Positions 25,868-37,967 of a stretch of 64,000 nucleotides of DNA are shown here, one piece after another. Origin of the DNA: Paecilomyces variotii (lineage: Eukaryota); NCBI GenBank assembly GCA_004022145.1, contig RCNU01000001.1; one strand, 5' to 3'. Under the pieces are notes generated by a model that saw only the letters and a program-made list of their open reading frames with translations, made no database searches and was not told where the DNA came from. A program made the translations under genes and the position numbers. Positions within the stretch are counted from its first letter, which is position 1; the number at the start of each line of letters is the position of its first letter.

Positions 25868-26973
25868 ATGGCTGAGTTTGAATCTCCAGTTCTTTTACCT
25901 CAGTATTTCAACCACAGAATCCCCCGTTCCAGTGGAGTCTTCCTGCCTTCTTGGGCAGCGAGCAACGTCCAGTACGCAGAGAACCTGCTTGAGTGCTCAG
26001 ACGAACCGATTGAATACGACGACGACGACGAGGACTATCAGGACAATTGCTTCTTTTTTCCAGAAGACTGCACCTTACCTGTCCGAAAGGACAGTGGCTG
26101 CGAAGTCAGTGACCACGAATACGGTCTCTTGGACAGTCTTAAGAGCGACAAGAGCGATAAAACCGACAAGATGACACCCGAGCTGCCAGATATCAAAATG
26201 CTTGATACGGAGGCACTAAGTGACCTCCTAGAGGATAATCTCTCGCCTCCAGAGATTACCTCGATCCTGTATGACTCCACTGGAGAGGTATCAGAGACGC
26301 TGCTGACTGGGGGTACAGCGTATTCCACGCCAATGGTGCACTATTCGCCTATGGATCACCTCTTCCGGTACGACAGCTTCGCAATCTGAGTGCTACATAC
26401 GGAGCTGCCTATACAAACTACGCCAAAAATGCATCCAGTGGTAACCTTACAGGAGTTAACCCAGCGAGCCATCCATCTTCATTCGTGACAGCTCAATCGA
26501 ACCCGTTGGGTGATGTAGGTTCGATTGTCTTCGAATTTGATGGCCAGGTTGCAGTCGTTACCAAGATAGCCGATAAGGTTCTTCTTGCCGCCGTAGGACC
26601 ATCCAAGCTGGAAAATGCGGAAGGTGGCCAGTCCGGGGAAAACCCTCCTTTGAATGGGCCCGGGCCTGATGTGATAGAGCCTGCTGGAACGCCTTCTAAC
26701 GGCCCAGATGTCGCCGCAAATGGGACCTCTCGCCCCAACGCTTCTTCCTCTCAGTCTCAGCAACAGAACAGTGCCCTTCAGACGCGGACTGCTCTCGACC
26801 GCAACCTTGAAACGCAATGGGAGATTGATCGAAACAGCGACCTTGCGCGTCTAGCCAGCCTCAATCTTTCCTCGTCACCATCGATTCTGCTTGCTCTCGA
26901 ATCTAAATCTGCCGCTTTAGCCAGGTTCCTTAGCCAGAAGCTGGAAGACCTGGAAAGTCCAGAAGACTTTTGA
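25868..26973 (+). CDS. Roadblock/LC7-fold protein, LAMTOR2/Ego3(Slm4)-like Ragulator/EGO subunit; intron 26269-26318; alternative start 26198
   Basis: Spliced MLDTEALSDLL..ITSILVFHANGALFAYGS..NLSATYGAAY..SIVFEFDGQVAVVTKIADKVLLAAVG..LESKSAALARFLSQKL parallels LAMTOR2 (MLRPKALTQVL..STLLLNNEGSLLAYSG..GRVAITRVANLLL..LKAKAQALVQYLEEPL, recalled). Intron is GTATGA..GCTGAC..CAG. Confidence 0.75.
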
Positions 26974-28513
26974 TCCAAACCACTTTCCTATTTTCTTGAA
27001 CGTCTCGTTTTGTGCCAATTGTCTCAAGCGTGTGGTTATTTTCAGCTGAGCGCTGCGGCTTTTCATGTTTCTCTTTCCCTAGATCAATGCACACATGTAT
27101 TGTCTACTGTTATAGCTCATAACTCAATAAGACTACATATGAACATGAAACCATCATGTCCCGACACGTAAAGTAGAGGCTGCTCTGGTAAACGCTACCG
27201 ATGATTTACCATCTCTGAAAGGATTGTTGCACATTACTCCATATCTAGCAATTGAATTATAATATGCATTATATGTGCATAGTCTACAGTTGTGCAGGGC
27301 AGTTCGCTCCTACAATGCCATATTGTAACTGTCCTCTTGACAAGCGCCGTACCGGGGCCCAGATGAGGTCCTTCCTTAAGCGGAAGGAGGGGTTTACGGA
27401 CCCCATTTCTTCTCTCCCCAACATTTTCTCAGGAATCAGGATAGTACTTCAGTAGTGAACAAGGCCAGATTTTCGAAGAAACGAGCGCTGTGAACACGAA
27501 CTATAAAGGTTAGTGACTATTGATCATCCATCTAAGCGTCTGTCAGATCTTAACTAACAAGACGCACAGGGCACATCTGTCGGCGGGTCTCTTGCTGTAG
27601 CAATCCATGGGAACATTAGCACGTCCTCCCACCACTCCTGGGACTCTCCGTACCTTTTTATCTGGTCTCTTGTCCCTCTTGTGAACCAAGGCACCATGCT
27701 TTTCAGGAGACAGGTGATACTTTTCTTTGGCACATGGTCTACAGAAGAATGAACTCCTTCCGGAACAGGCAGATCTAATGACGACAGTGGCTATAAACAT
27801 TTGTCTACCCGGATATACTCGAATACCTAATAGGATGAGCTAACTCTGGGAACCGCCACACATGGCATGCCGATTGAGTTGTCTGAGCTCCTCAGTTCCA
27901 GGATACCGGTGCGGCTTTCCCGCTTATTGGCGTTCGCAAGGAATTACCATGATTTCATGGATGCATGAAGTATTATATTATACCACTGGTACGTTCATCT
28001 AACAGGCACCCAACAGTGTCGCGCCATGACCGAGAAAGAATCTTTACTGACAAGCGAGAGTGATGGGTTTTCCCTCTTTCGGGCGCGGTGACCTCATCGC
28101 GGATCGGTCGATTAGCGCCAGCCATTACGCCTATTCCGTCGACTCGTCGGACGATCACTACCTGAGCAAGGGATGTCACCTTCACTGGATTGCTGAACAA
28201 GCCAGGATAGTAGAGCTCTGGTTCTCTTCAGCGCGATACTTAAATGCGATAGCTTCCCACAGGACGTTTCGAACGGTTGGAGGCACTGTATTCTACAACT
28301 ACTTTTGAGACCATCTTTGGCTTTCAAGTCACATCTTTACAACTCGAACCCCGCGATAGACTTAAAGACTTCCCGTGCGCGCCCACACTGACAAGCTCCC
28401 CACCTGGGCGGTCGTGGGATAAATAGCGGCTTCCGCGGCCGGAACTGTTCTGCGATCACAGTTACTGTACAATCGAAAGCCACCTATACTGAAATCAAGA
28501 CACTGTCAACGAG

Positions 28514-30198
28514 ATGGCTTCACCGACCAGTCCTGCGTCGCAGGGTCTCCCGACCCGTAGCAACACGGTACGGACTACTGCGACGGCCACTACAGCGACC
28601 GGCGGGGGAATGAGTGACGATGAGGCGGTCCCGGATGAGAACACCAGTGAGGTGCGTTGTCTGCTAATAATCGGTTCTGCGAGGAAGTTACTGATTTGTT
28701 TACGCTTTGCAGACCACTGCTCTTCTCTTGGAGCGCCTTCAAGCATGGAAGCATATGTGTGGCTATCTGGAGGACTATGTCTCGTCTACAGCGAAGGTGC
28801 AGAAGTCGCAATCGAAGGATTATGAGAAGATCCTCAAGGTGCGTGGATCGGGTATACTGGAAGGCAAATCCGTCGAAATAACGCTGAGACGCGAGCACAG
28901 ACTATCAGTGAGCCATTGAGGGAAGCTCATCATTTCAATTCAGGACCAAATGGAGTAACTGAAATGTTTGAGAATATGAAGGCCAACACCCAGGTATGCG
29001 TCATGGGAACGATAGATAAAATAAACGCCTAGATTCTAACTATGAGTAGGGAATGGTGAACATGTACCTTGAAACGGAAAAAAACCTCAAGGGAACCATC
29101 TTGCCGACTTTGGAGCGTCTGCACAAGGAAATCAAGAACAAAGCAAAGGAGCTGAAGTCCGGTGCAGCAAAGGGTTCCAAGGCAGTTGATAAGGCTAGGG
29201 CTTTAACTCAGAAGCACATTGAGCTCCTCGGTCAACATGCGGCTGCGGTGGAAGCGGCGGCCAGTAACAAGATTGAACCTAGCAACGACCCTTATGTGTT
29301 GCGAAGAGGCGTCAATTATCGTTTGAACAAACAGATCATTGAGGAGAACAATAACCGCAATGACATCCTTGCGGTCCAGCACTCTTTCCAGCAGTTCGAG
29401 AACCATATTCTGCAGACGGTTCAGAACACCTTCAACCAATTCTTCCAGTTGATGGGAGGTCAGAATGACCGTCAGCGTGCCCTGTACGCAGACATCTTGA
29501 GTAGTGCGCAGAAGATTCCACCAGACTATGAGTGGCTGAATTTCGTGATGCGAAACGAGGGCGTACTGGTCAATCCAGATGCTCCCGCGAGGTCCATGTC
29601 TAACATTACCTATCCGAATCAGGATCACCGCGCCACCAAGTCTCTCATCGAAGGGACTCTCGAGCGCAAGTCTCGTGCCGGTATACTGAAGGGCTACAAC
29701 ACTGGTTACTTTGTTGTGACTCCGGCGCGCTACCTGCATGAATTCAAGGACAATGACGACTTCCGCCACGAACCGACTCCCGAGCTGTCACTCTATCTCC
29801 CGGACTGCGTTATTGGTGGAATCGACGGCGTCAAGTTCAGCGTAAAGGGTAAGGATGTGTCCAGCGGCAAGGTCGGTAACGCCTTCCACACCACCACTGA
29901 GCTGCATTTCAAGGCTTCCACACCGGCCGATGCGGAGAAATGGTGGAACACTGTCAAGAGCTGCATCGACGGCCAAGGAGCTCATCATGCCGCAACCTCG
30001 CCTATAAGCCCCATAGCTAGTACAGCAACCACGCCTGCCGGCAGTAGAAACGTCAGTGCTGTGCAGCCGAGTGGCTCCCTTGAGAAGGAACTGGAAGCAA
30101 AGGGGGAGATCCCCGAGACGACTGCGGCCCAGGACCATGCCGAGGAAGCGACCGCTCAAGCAGCTACAGAGGGTGCTGGAGCTACTAAAAAAGAGTGA
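28514..30198 (+). CDS. BAR + PH domain protein, Slm1-like; introns 28652-28712, 28839-28900, 28994-29049
   Basis: LLLERLQAWKHMCGYLEDY helical region followed by a PH domain (EGTLERKS..KGYNTGYFVVTPARYLHEFK..PELSLYLPDC..LHFKAST.ADAEKWW). Confidence 0.85.
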
Positions 30199-30603
30199 AC
30201 GCGCCCACTGGCATGATTACGACAGAACAGTAGGCCACTGGATAAATACCGTCCTATATGCTCAATGTAGTACCCTAAGGTCATTGGATGTGCAGCCATA
30301 TCATCTGCGTGATAACAGCATCTATCGACATTTCCTATACCACCTTACGCGTCATGTAATTATGAGTTGGATATATGGTCTTTATTGATTGCTTCCCTTC
30401 GGTTCCTGATATTGGGCCTAAGAGACCCAAAATATAACTGCACTTCTTTGTAGGTCAGACCCTTCGCGAGGCGATTGGCTCTGCAGTATTGTAGTGATTA
30501 TGAAAGCTCTGTCGGTTTATCTTCAAGTATTGGTCAGCTTGCCACAATGCGCGGTGTGAAAGCCAATGTATTCGGTGATAGGGAATGAAATGAAATGTAT
30601 AAA

Positions 30604-31462
30604 TCAAGTTGGTGCCCTCCACCCTAGGACATTGATGGACGCTCTCCCCCCTCCCCGGCTCTCTGCAACAGTTGACCAATCCTCTAAGATATGTTCCATC
30701 TGGAAGCCGTTCTTTTCGAATACTCGCACACTCCCCGTATTTCCAACGTATGTAGATACCTTGATAATACGCGCGTTCATGTGGGGGACTGCCCATTCGT
30801 TGATAAGAGCCCGTACGACAGCGGTCATGATCCCTCGGCCGTGATGCGAGGAAGCTAGATAATCTTTGCGCCTTGGATTTAGTACGGTTTTCTACGTGGT
30901 ATATCTCCTGAAGAATCATAGAAGTATACATACCTCCTATCGTCCAGACAATCTTCTCATCCCCAGATTCTAATTTGGCATTGCGTTCCTGCGCTTCCTT
31001 CCGCTCCTCACTCCCTTCAGGCAATTCATAGAACGGATATCGCATAATCCCCACATCTCCGATGAGTACATCCTTCTCCCATCCAGCATCATCATCCCAA
31101 TCGCCATCTACATCCCTTTCTCGAACAATCTCCCTAATACTTGAGAACGGACACCCACCGACATAACCCCCGCTCGCGCCTTCGCTTGCCTTCCTCGCCG
31201 CCGCCAAAAACTGCTCACTCGCCGCGAGGGTTTTCCGGAAGAACACCTCTGCATGAGAGAGCAGGTATGGATGCGGCGGACTCGCGAGGAACGGATACAC
31301 GCGAGGGTCGTTGAGGATGGAGACCAGCTGCGCGCAGTCAGCAGGGTCGGGATCCGTCGAGTCAGGTCCCGCGCGGCGCGGAGGGGTTATGATGATATTG
31401 GAGTGAGGGGCAGGGAGGGGAATGTAGAGCTCCCCTGTTCGAGGATTGGTTTTTATGGGCAT
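30604..31462 (-). CDS. GNAT acetyltransferase (RimJ/RimL-like); intron 30864-30933
   Basis: Spliced WTIGDYLASSHHGRGIMTAVV (acetyl-CoA motif A) and N.GSVRVFEKNGF; N-terminal LNDPRV..FL.SPPHPY. Confidence 0.87.
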
Positions 31463-33059
31463 TGTAGATTATCGTGTCTTTCTGTTTCGGCAGGATATTA
31501 AACAAAGGAACTGATGTTTCAGGATCGAAGTAAGTAGTAGGTGAGTCCTACTATGCAGTAGACACCGAATAAGAAAATGCAGATAGGAAGAAAGAGAAAA
31601 AAGCCTTCTTAAATATATAAACCTCGACATATGACTCGTATGTAAGGACTGTTCTCCTTTTGTTTCTCTCTTGTCAGGCGCTAAGTAGGTACTTAAGACT
31701 CATCGTAGTTACCGGTCTAGGTGAGTCACCCACATCCTCAACGTAGGTTGTAACTATTAATCGCAACTGTGAGATCTCCTGCAATTCTGAGGTCAGACCA
31801 CGTTCAATGATGAGATGGACTATTATTATGGTGTCATTATTCCAGATCGACCTTTTCCCCTGTCGTAAAAAGTGGTCTTTCAGTGGTTGTTTTATATACT
31901 GCCATTTGTTGCGCTTCCGTCAGTTCTTCCACGCTGGGGCTTTCATCCAACCATTTGGCGCAGCTTCTGAAGTAGCAGTCTCTCAGATATGTCTGGAATT
32001 CATATCTTTCACCTATATCCTCTGGACAATCCAAGTTGGATGCAGAAAAGTTAAATTAAAGATCCTCGTCTAGATATATATATAAAGTCCGACAATGTTA
32101 TGATTAATTGTGATACAACTTGGAAGGCGGAATGATCCTCAAGGCTAGAATAGGAAATATCATGTGGCGCAGTCCAGAGGCGCAATAGACAGAGGAATTG
32201 CAAAAAACCGTCAGACGCATTTCCAGATGGGCTTCTTGTAAGTTGCACAAATCCTTGTTAGGAACTTGCCCTGGAATTTCCTACAGCGCCTCTATGTCAT
32301 AACAGACATGGAAACTCTACATCCAGGCTTCAGAGAGGTAAGAGAAGCGGGAATCGAATATGGGCTTGAGGTCTTAAGCCAACTAACGATCACGTTCTTC
32401 AGCCCCGTTCTTCCTGGGCTGATAGCATATATCAGCGACGAACGAAATATGGCGTAATATATTAGCATAATAAAACTATCACAAGGAACAACTGGGAATC
32501 CTCACATGCGATTCAGCCAGTGGAAGGAGGATGGTTTTCCAAATACGACACCAGCACAAAGAGAATGACAGAGCTTAGTCCTGTGGAGAGTAGGTAGCCA
32601 CTATCCCAGGTTTTAAGGGGTCCTTGGTGGCGTCACGATTGGGATTAGTTAAGGAACGAGCTTTCTAAGTATTTTTTTTTTGTTTTTCATCAGGCTTTTT
32701 TCACAAGAGCTGTCTTACTCTACTTACAGAGCTAGCTAGGTGCGGATCTGGTATGGCAGTACGAAGGAGACCTGCGGCTCCGACCCTCGGCTCCGATGTT
32801 GGTGGCAACGGCCTTGTATCGCCAAGTCCTAGCTCCATCCCTAGATATCTTCTATAAAAATGTCAGATCTAGCATTAGGTTGTACCAGAACATAGTGACC
32901 ATTTAGTTTCTTTGAACTAGGTCAAGTCATTCGTTATTTCATGTAAAGCAATTTCAGCTCTTCACTCTCTACCGCAAGTACTTCGACTGCATTGCGCATT
33001 GATCCACAAGCCGCATCCAAATCAATCACCATTCCCGACTGCCTTGGTCATATTTTGAG

Positions 33060-34025
33060 ATGTCTGATCTACCAACATTGGTCTTCATACCTGGTTCCTG
33101 GCATAAACCTACTTGCTACAACAAAGTCACCAAAATCCTCCAGGGGCAGCACAACTTGAACTGTGTCTCTGTCACTCTCCCATCTACAACAGGCAACCCA
33201 GCCGCGACTTTCAAAGATGATCTCGATGCTGCCCGCGAAGCCATATTCAATGAGACCACCCACGGGCGCAATGTGGTAGTTCTTGCGCACTCTTATGGTG
33301 GTATTGTTGGCAACAGCGCAATTAAGGGTTTCATACGGCCACAAGATGCCACCGCAAACGAAATTCAACCCTCAACAACGGGCTATGTTATTGGCCTCAT
33401 TCTTATAGCCAGCGGCTTTGCCATGACAGGATTCTCCTTTATGGATCCATTTTTTGGCCATCCACCTCCTTCCTGGCGTGTCAATAACGAAACTGGCTAT
33501 GCCGAGCTTGTCACATCTCCACGCGAGCTCTTTTATCATGACTTACCCGCAGATGAAGCGGAATACTGGATTTCTCAGCTCACTACCCAAAGCCTTAAAG
33601 CACTGTTTGAGGGTGGTGAGTACGTATATTCTGGCTGGAAGGATGTGCCAGTCTGGTATATTGGCACCACCGAGGATCGGGGTTTGCCGGTGCTGGTGCA
33701 AAGAATCCAGGTGGGCGCTGTGAGAGAGCAGGGTTGTAGCGTGGAGCATAGGGAGCTGCAGACGAGTCATTCGCCGTTTCTGAGTCAACCAGAAATGACG
33801 GCAAGTATTATACTTGAAGCTGTTGAGGCATTTACGGGGAAATCGAAGGGAAACGAATCTACAATGGTTGGAAGTGGCCATGCAATAGCAGTTCCAAGGG
33901 CTACACTCTGGCAGCCTTTCACGTGGTTTAGATTTGGGCTACCTCTGGCCTTTGGTCACTTGATAGGAAAGGGAGTTCTCCTGTTCAATTGGGGGAAGAG
34001 ATTACGGAGGTCTGGGTCTAGCTAA
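33060..34025 (+). CDS. Alpha/beta hydrolase (Abhydrolase_6, methylesterase-like)
   Basis: LVFIPGSWH, nucleophile elbow LAHSYGG, acid TEDR, SHSPFLSQPE. Single exon; TATAAAA at about 32854. Confidence 0.9.
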   Translation: MSDLPTLVFIPGSWHKPTCYNKVTKILQGQHNLNCVSVTLPSTTGNPAATFKDDLDAAREAIFNETTHGRNVVVLAHSYGGIVGNSAIKGFIRPQDATANEIQPSTTGYVIGLILIASGFAMTGFSFMDPFFGHPPPSWRVNNETGYAELVTSPRELFYHDLPADEAEYWISQLTTQSLKALFEGGEYVYSGWKDVPVWYIGTTEDRGLPVLVQRIQVGAVREQGCSVEHRELQTSHSPFLSQPEMTASIILEAVEAFTGKSKGNESTMVGSGHAIAVPRATLWQPFTWFRFGLPLAFGHLIGKGVLLFNWGKRLRRSGSS

Positions 34026-34286
34026 CGTACTCGTTATCATCGGTTTTCCACCGACGTTTATAAAGAGATGAATATATGCTTTTGCAACATTTGTATCGTG
34101 TTAGTAAGAGACGCTTTAAAGAACTCTTACTCTAAAACCTTAAGCGTCATACGGCTAGCCACCCATTGTTTTCCCTCCAACTTACTATGGAGTCTTTACT
34201 ACGATCTAGCTAATTATATCACAGGTGTATTCCTACGTAGCGTAGGTGACTACTTAGTTCCCCTAAATAGCAATATTCAAGCTTAT

Positions 34287-34721
34287 TGTAGCCTCGATAA
34301 CGAAATGTGTCTGCTTCCGAAGCAGAACGTGACTCGCAGCTGCATCTACGGTGGTCCGCGCCTATACTATACGGTCAATGGAGATACGTACGATATCATC
34401 GCGCGCAGGCTGAACATTACTATGGAGTCAGTGATGTCGAATATGAAATCAAATGAGACCGCGACAACACCTCTGGCACCGGGGCAGTTCGTTAAGATCC
34501 CGGTTTTCTATCCGAGCCAGTGCGTGGTCCAGCCGTATTCGTTCAAGTATGGTGTCCATAAGGATCTGGCTGAAAAGTTTGGTACGACCGTCGGGCAGAT
34601 CATGATGTTGAGTCCGACGTATAATTATAGCAGCAGTGCGCTGCGCGGGGAAACTCCGCCGTCGATTAACGTCGCTATTAACTGCACGCTGCTGTCGAGT
34701 AACTACATAGTGTTGGATTGA
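34287..34721 (+). pseudogene. LysM-domain (chitin-binding effector-like) gene, apparently lacking signal peptide and N-terminus
   Basis: C.YGGPRLYYTVNGDTYDIIARRLNIT..L.PGQFVKIP (LysM) plus a second degenerate LysM (HKDLAEKFGTTVGQIMMLSPTYN). The in-frame upstream part (34068-34286) looks unlike a secreted-protein N-terminus. It could still be an expressed short CDS. Confidence 0.6.
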
Positions 34722-35027
34722 TCTGTCTTTGTCGATGAGGGTGCTTCTAGGCAATTCGAAGGGAGAGGGGAGAGATAGGGATCGTCCGTCATTGTAGCAA
34801 GAGCTGTGATCACTTGAGTGTATATTTGATCTATATATGATATTTAACATGTATGCCTCGCCATCCAGATCGCAGCATGTCAATGATTAATAACAATGTA
34901 CAGTAAGTACATACAGGGACCGCATCCATCCGGGTATCACGTTTGCCTGAACTCCAAAACGAGATAGATTCAAAATATCTGGCTCTATCCAGAAGACCAG
35001 CTGCAGAGGACCAGTTTGACTGACGGA

Positions 35028-36069
35028 CTAGACATTGAATAGCCTGCGCTCACCCCGTTGAGCCCGCCAATAATTAGTCGAAACCAGCAGCTCCCTACAC
35101 CCGCTGAATATCCAGAACCACTTCTGCGCGAAATGCTCCGTCATCTCCCAGGCGTACGGATCCCAGGGATCTCCCCAGATCATGATACCCACTTGTCCTG
35201 TGCTGCCATCTCCACATTGACCGATGAGGTCGTTGCAGAACTCAACGTCATCGTAAGTCCCATCCGCTAGGAGGAGGGCATCTCTAAAAGACGGATACGG
35301 GAAGGGGTCGATCCAGGGGTGATGTGGGATAGTTTTTTGAAGCATCGTCGGAAACAATATTGGCGGCAACTGAAGCGTTGAATCGGTATAGTTCGCCGCA
35401 TTGAAAGGGGAGATGGTATCGTCTTTCATATCCTTCATGTCCAGACCCAGGACAGTCATGTTCTGCAGTATGGCGCGGAAAACGTTGAATTGAGTCAGAG
35501 TGAGCAACATGTCCGCTGCCGGATCATGTTGCAGGCATTTCTGGACCTTGGCTTCGAGCCAATCGATAAGCTGCAGGGTTGAGGGCGCATCTATTTCGCA
35601 GATATAGAACGTTCCCTCCTGCGGCCTGGCCATCCGTTGTTCATTGCGGCCCCTTTGCTGTGAAACGGCAGCAGCACCCGACGATACGATAGTGGCTTCA
35701 ACCACGTCTGCGTCGGGGCTTGCGCCATCGCTACTAATAGTACCTACACTGTGGCTGCTGTTCTCATTATCGTCTTTTGATGAGGCCGTGATGGAGCCGG
35801 CTTCACTGTCGCTTTTCCTAGGCCGACCTCGTGGTCGCCGCACGATGCCTTTCTGGAGATCCTCAATAGCCTTGCGCTCTCCTACATAATAATACATGTC
35901 AGCAGCGTCCATGCGATACTCACCATCAAGTCTACCTACGTCGCGCCCGTTGATTCAGCCGATTCTGTAGCTTCCGTCGTTGCGCGGCACTACTGCGGCC
36001 GGTCCAGTCCTCGTCCGCTTGACGGATGTGGGCTACTGAAGCCAGTGGACGCGATGGTATCTCAGCCAT
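35028..36069 (-). CDS. bZIP-basic-region / DUF3425 transcription factor; intron 35882-35939
   Basis: EDWTG...RRKLQNRLNQRAR|RERK; C-terminal LQKTIPHHPWIDPFPYPSFRDALL, IWGDPWDPYAWE..F..KW, STNYWRAQRGE. Confidence 0.88.
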
Positions 36070-36586
36070 CTGGCATGGAAGTGGCTGACAGATATATTTA
36101 TTTAACGTTGGTAGACAGAATGGGTAAATAAATTTGAAATAGAGATGGGGGGAGGTGTGTAAGCTTACATCTTATAGATCGCTGCAACCTGCTGACCGAT
36201 TTTTTTGTTAGGTTTTGCCGCATCGGGAAAGGTTTTTAACTAGCCCTGTCTATCTGTACATCAAAAGAGAGCCAGAACACTGCTTGATGACTGAATATTA
36301 TTATATTCATTGGAAGAATCCAAGCTCAGCCATTGGCTCGATACTACGAGGAGAAATATGCCATCAACAATGCCAGCGGCGATAGCTTTCTACAGCTATA
36401 TAAATATACATATATAAGTATATTGCGTTGAGATCTACACCTTGTCGACTGTATATTAACCTGATATATTAACAAATACCAACCCCATAGACAACCAGAA
36501 TCCTTACTTATCAACTGCTATACAACTACGCAATTTCAAGTCTGTACATTATGTTGCGAAGGCATTCCATTGTCCATCCCAGCACC

Positions 36587-37967
36587 ATGACTTCCAATCC
36601 ACGCTTCAACAAAAGAACCACCGCGACTGAAGTTGCCAAAGCATACTCCGAACACATCAAAGGAAAAACAAGTACACGCTACTTCCTCATTACTCCCCAA
36701 CACCCCCTACTAAACTAAAGAAAATATAGTCCTCATCACCGGCGTCTCCCCAACCAGTATCGGAGCCAACACCGCCTACGCCCTAGCATCAGGCGAACCC
36801 GAACAAATGATCCTCGCCTCTCGAACAAAGAAGAACATCGACGCCGTTCTCGACAATATCAAATCCCACTACCCTTCCGTGAAAGTAACACCTCTAATCC
36901 TCGACCTATCATCCCAAAAATCCGTCCGCGACGCCGCCGCCGAAATCAACAGCACAATCACCAAAATCGACCTCCTCGTCGCGAATGCTGGAATCATGGC
37001 TCTCCCCACACGCACGCTCTCACCGGATGGAATCGAATTACAATTCGCCACGAATCACATCGGACATTTCCTCTTCACAAACCTCATTATGGACAAGCTA
37101 CGAAAAGCAGCGACCTTGTCGAGAACGCCAGGATCCACTCGCGTGGTGATGCTAACTAGTAACGGCCATCGGTTCTCACCTGTTCGATTCCACGATTACA
37201 ATTTCGACGGAAAGCCTATCCCATCGGAAGAAGAGCCAGGCACACAGGCGATGATCGATCGAGGGATCGGATTCCCCGCGTTCGACGAGCAGGGTTATGA
37301 TAGGTTTGTGGCGTACGGCCAGTCCAAGACGGCGAATATCCTCTTCGCTTTATATTTGCGTGCGAAACTTGCTCGTGAGGGGATACAGGCGATGTCGGTA
37401 CATCCAGGAGGTAAGAGCAATCCCCATCCATCCATCCATCTTAGCTACCTAAGTACCTAAAAGACACACACACACACATATATATATATACATCATGAAC
37501 ACTTCCCAGTGTGAATATCGTTTCTAAACATTGGATCCTTGTACTTATGGTATGTACTGTATATACACAGCAATCGGAACGAACCTCATCAGATACTATA
37601 CAAATTCACCCATCACAAATACCATTGCACGCTGCATCCTCCGAACCAACGGACTACTCGGAATCGGCCAGTTCAAAACCACCGACGCCGGTGCAGCGAC
37701 CACTATCGTGGCCGCTCTAGATCCGAAATTGAGTTCTTTGAAAGGTAACCGGGTTCATCTTCGTGCTTGTTATTATTATTATTATTACTACAAAAGAAAC
37801 AAAATATCAACTAACAGATTCTAATCCTAATTTTCTCAGATACCGACGGGATATACCTCCAAGACTGCCAATTCGGCTCCCCAGCCGCGCACGCTACGGG
37901 GTTTGAAGCCGCGGAGAAACTGTGGTCGTTGAGTGAGGAGCTTGTTGGGGAGAAGTTTGTGATTTGA
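36587..37967 (+). CDS. Short-chain dehydrogenase/reductase (retinol-DH/WWOX-like); introns 36672-36729, 37411-37570, 37745-37839
   Basis: ILITGVSPTSIG, LDLSS, NAGIM, ELQFATNHIGHFLFTNL, catalytic YGQSKTAN, SVHPGAIGTNL, AEKLWSLSEELVG. An in-frame upstream ATG at 36551 is possible. Confidence 0.9.
37464..37490. repeat. (CA)n(TA)n compound microsatellite in an SDR intron
   Basis: acacacacacacacatatatatatatac. Confidence 0.8.

Noticed and set aside
32050..32460. Possible RIP-inactivated reading frame with TAG/TAA stops
   Set aside because: About four stops in 80 codons matches random expectation, and I recognised no homology.
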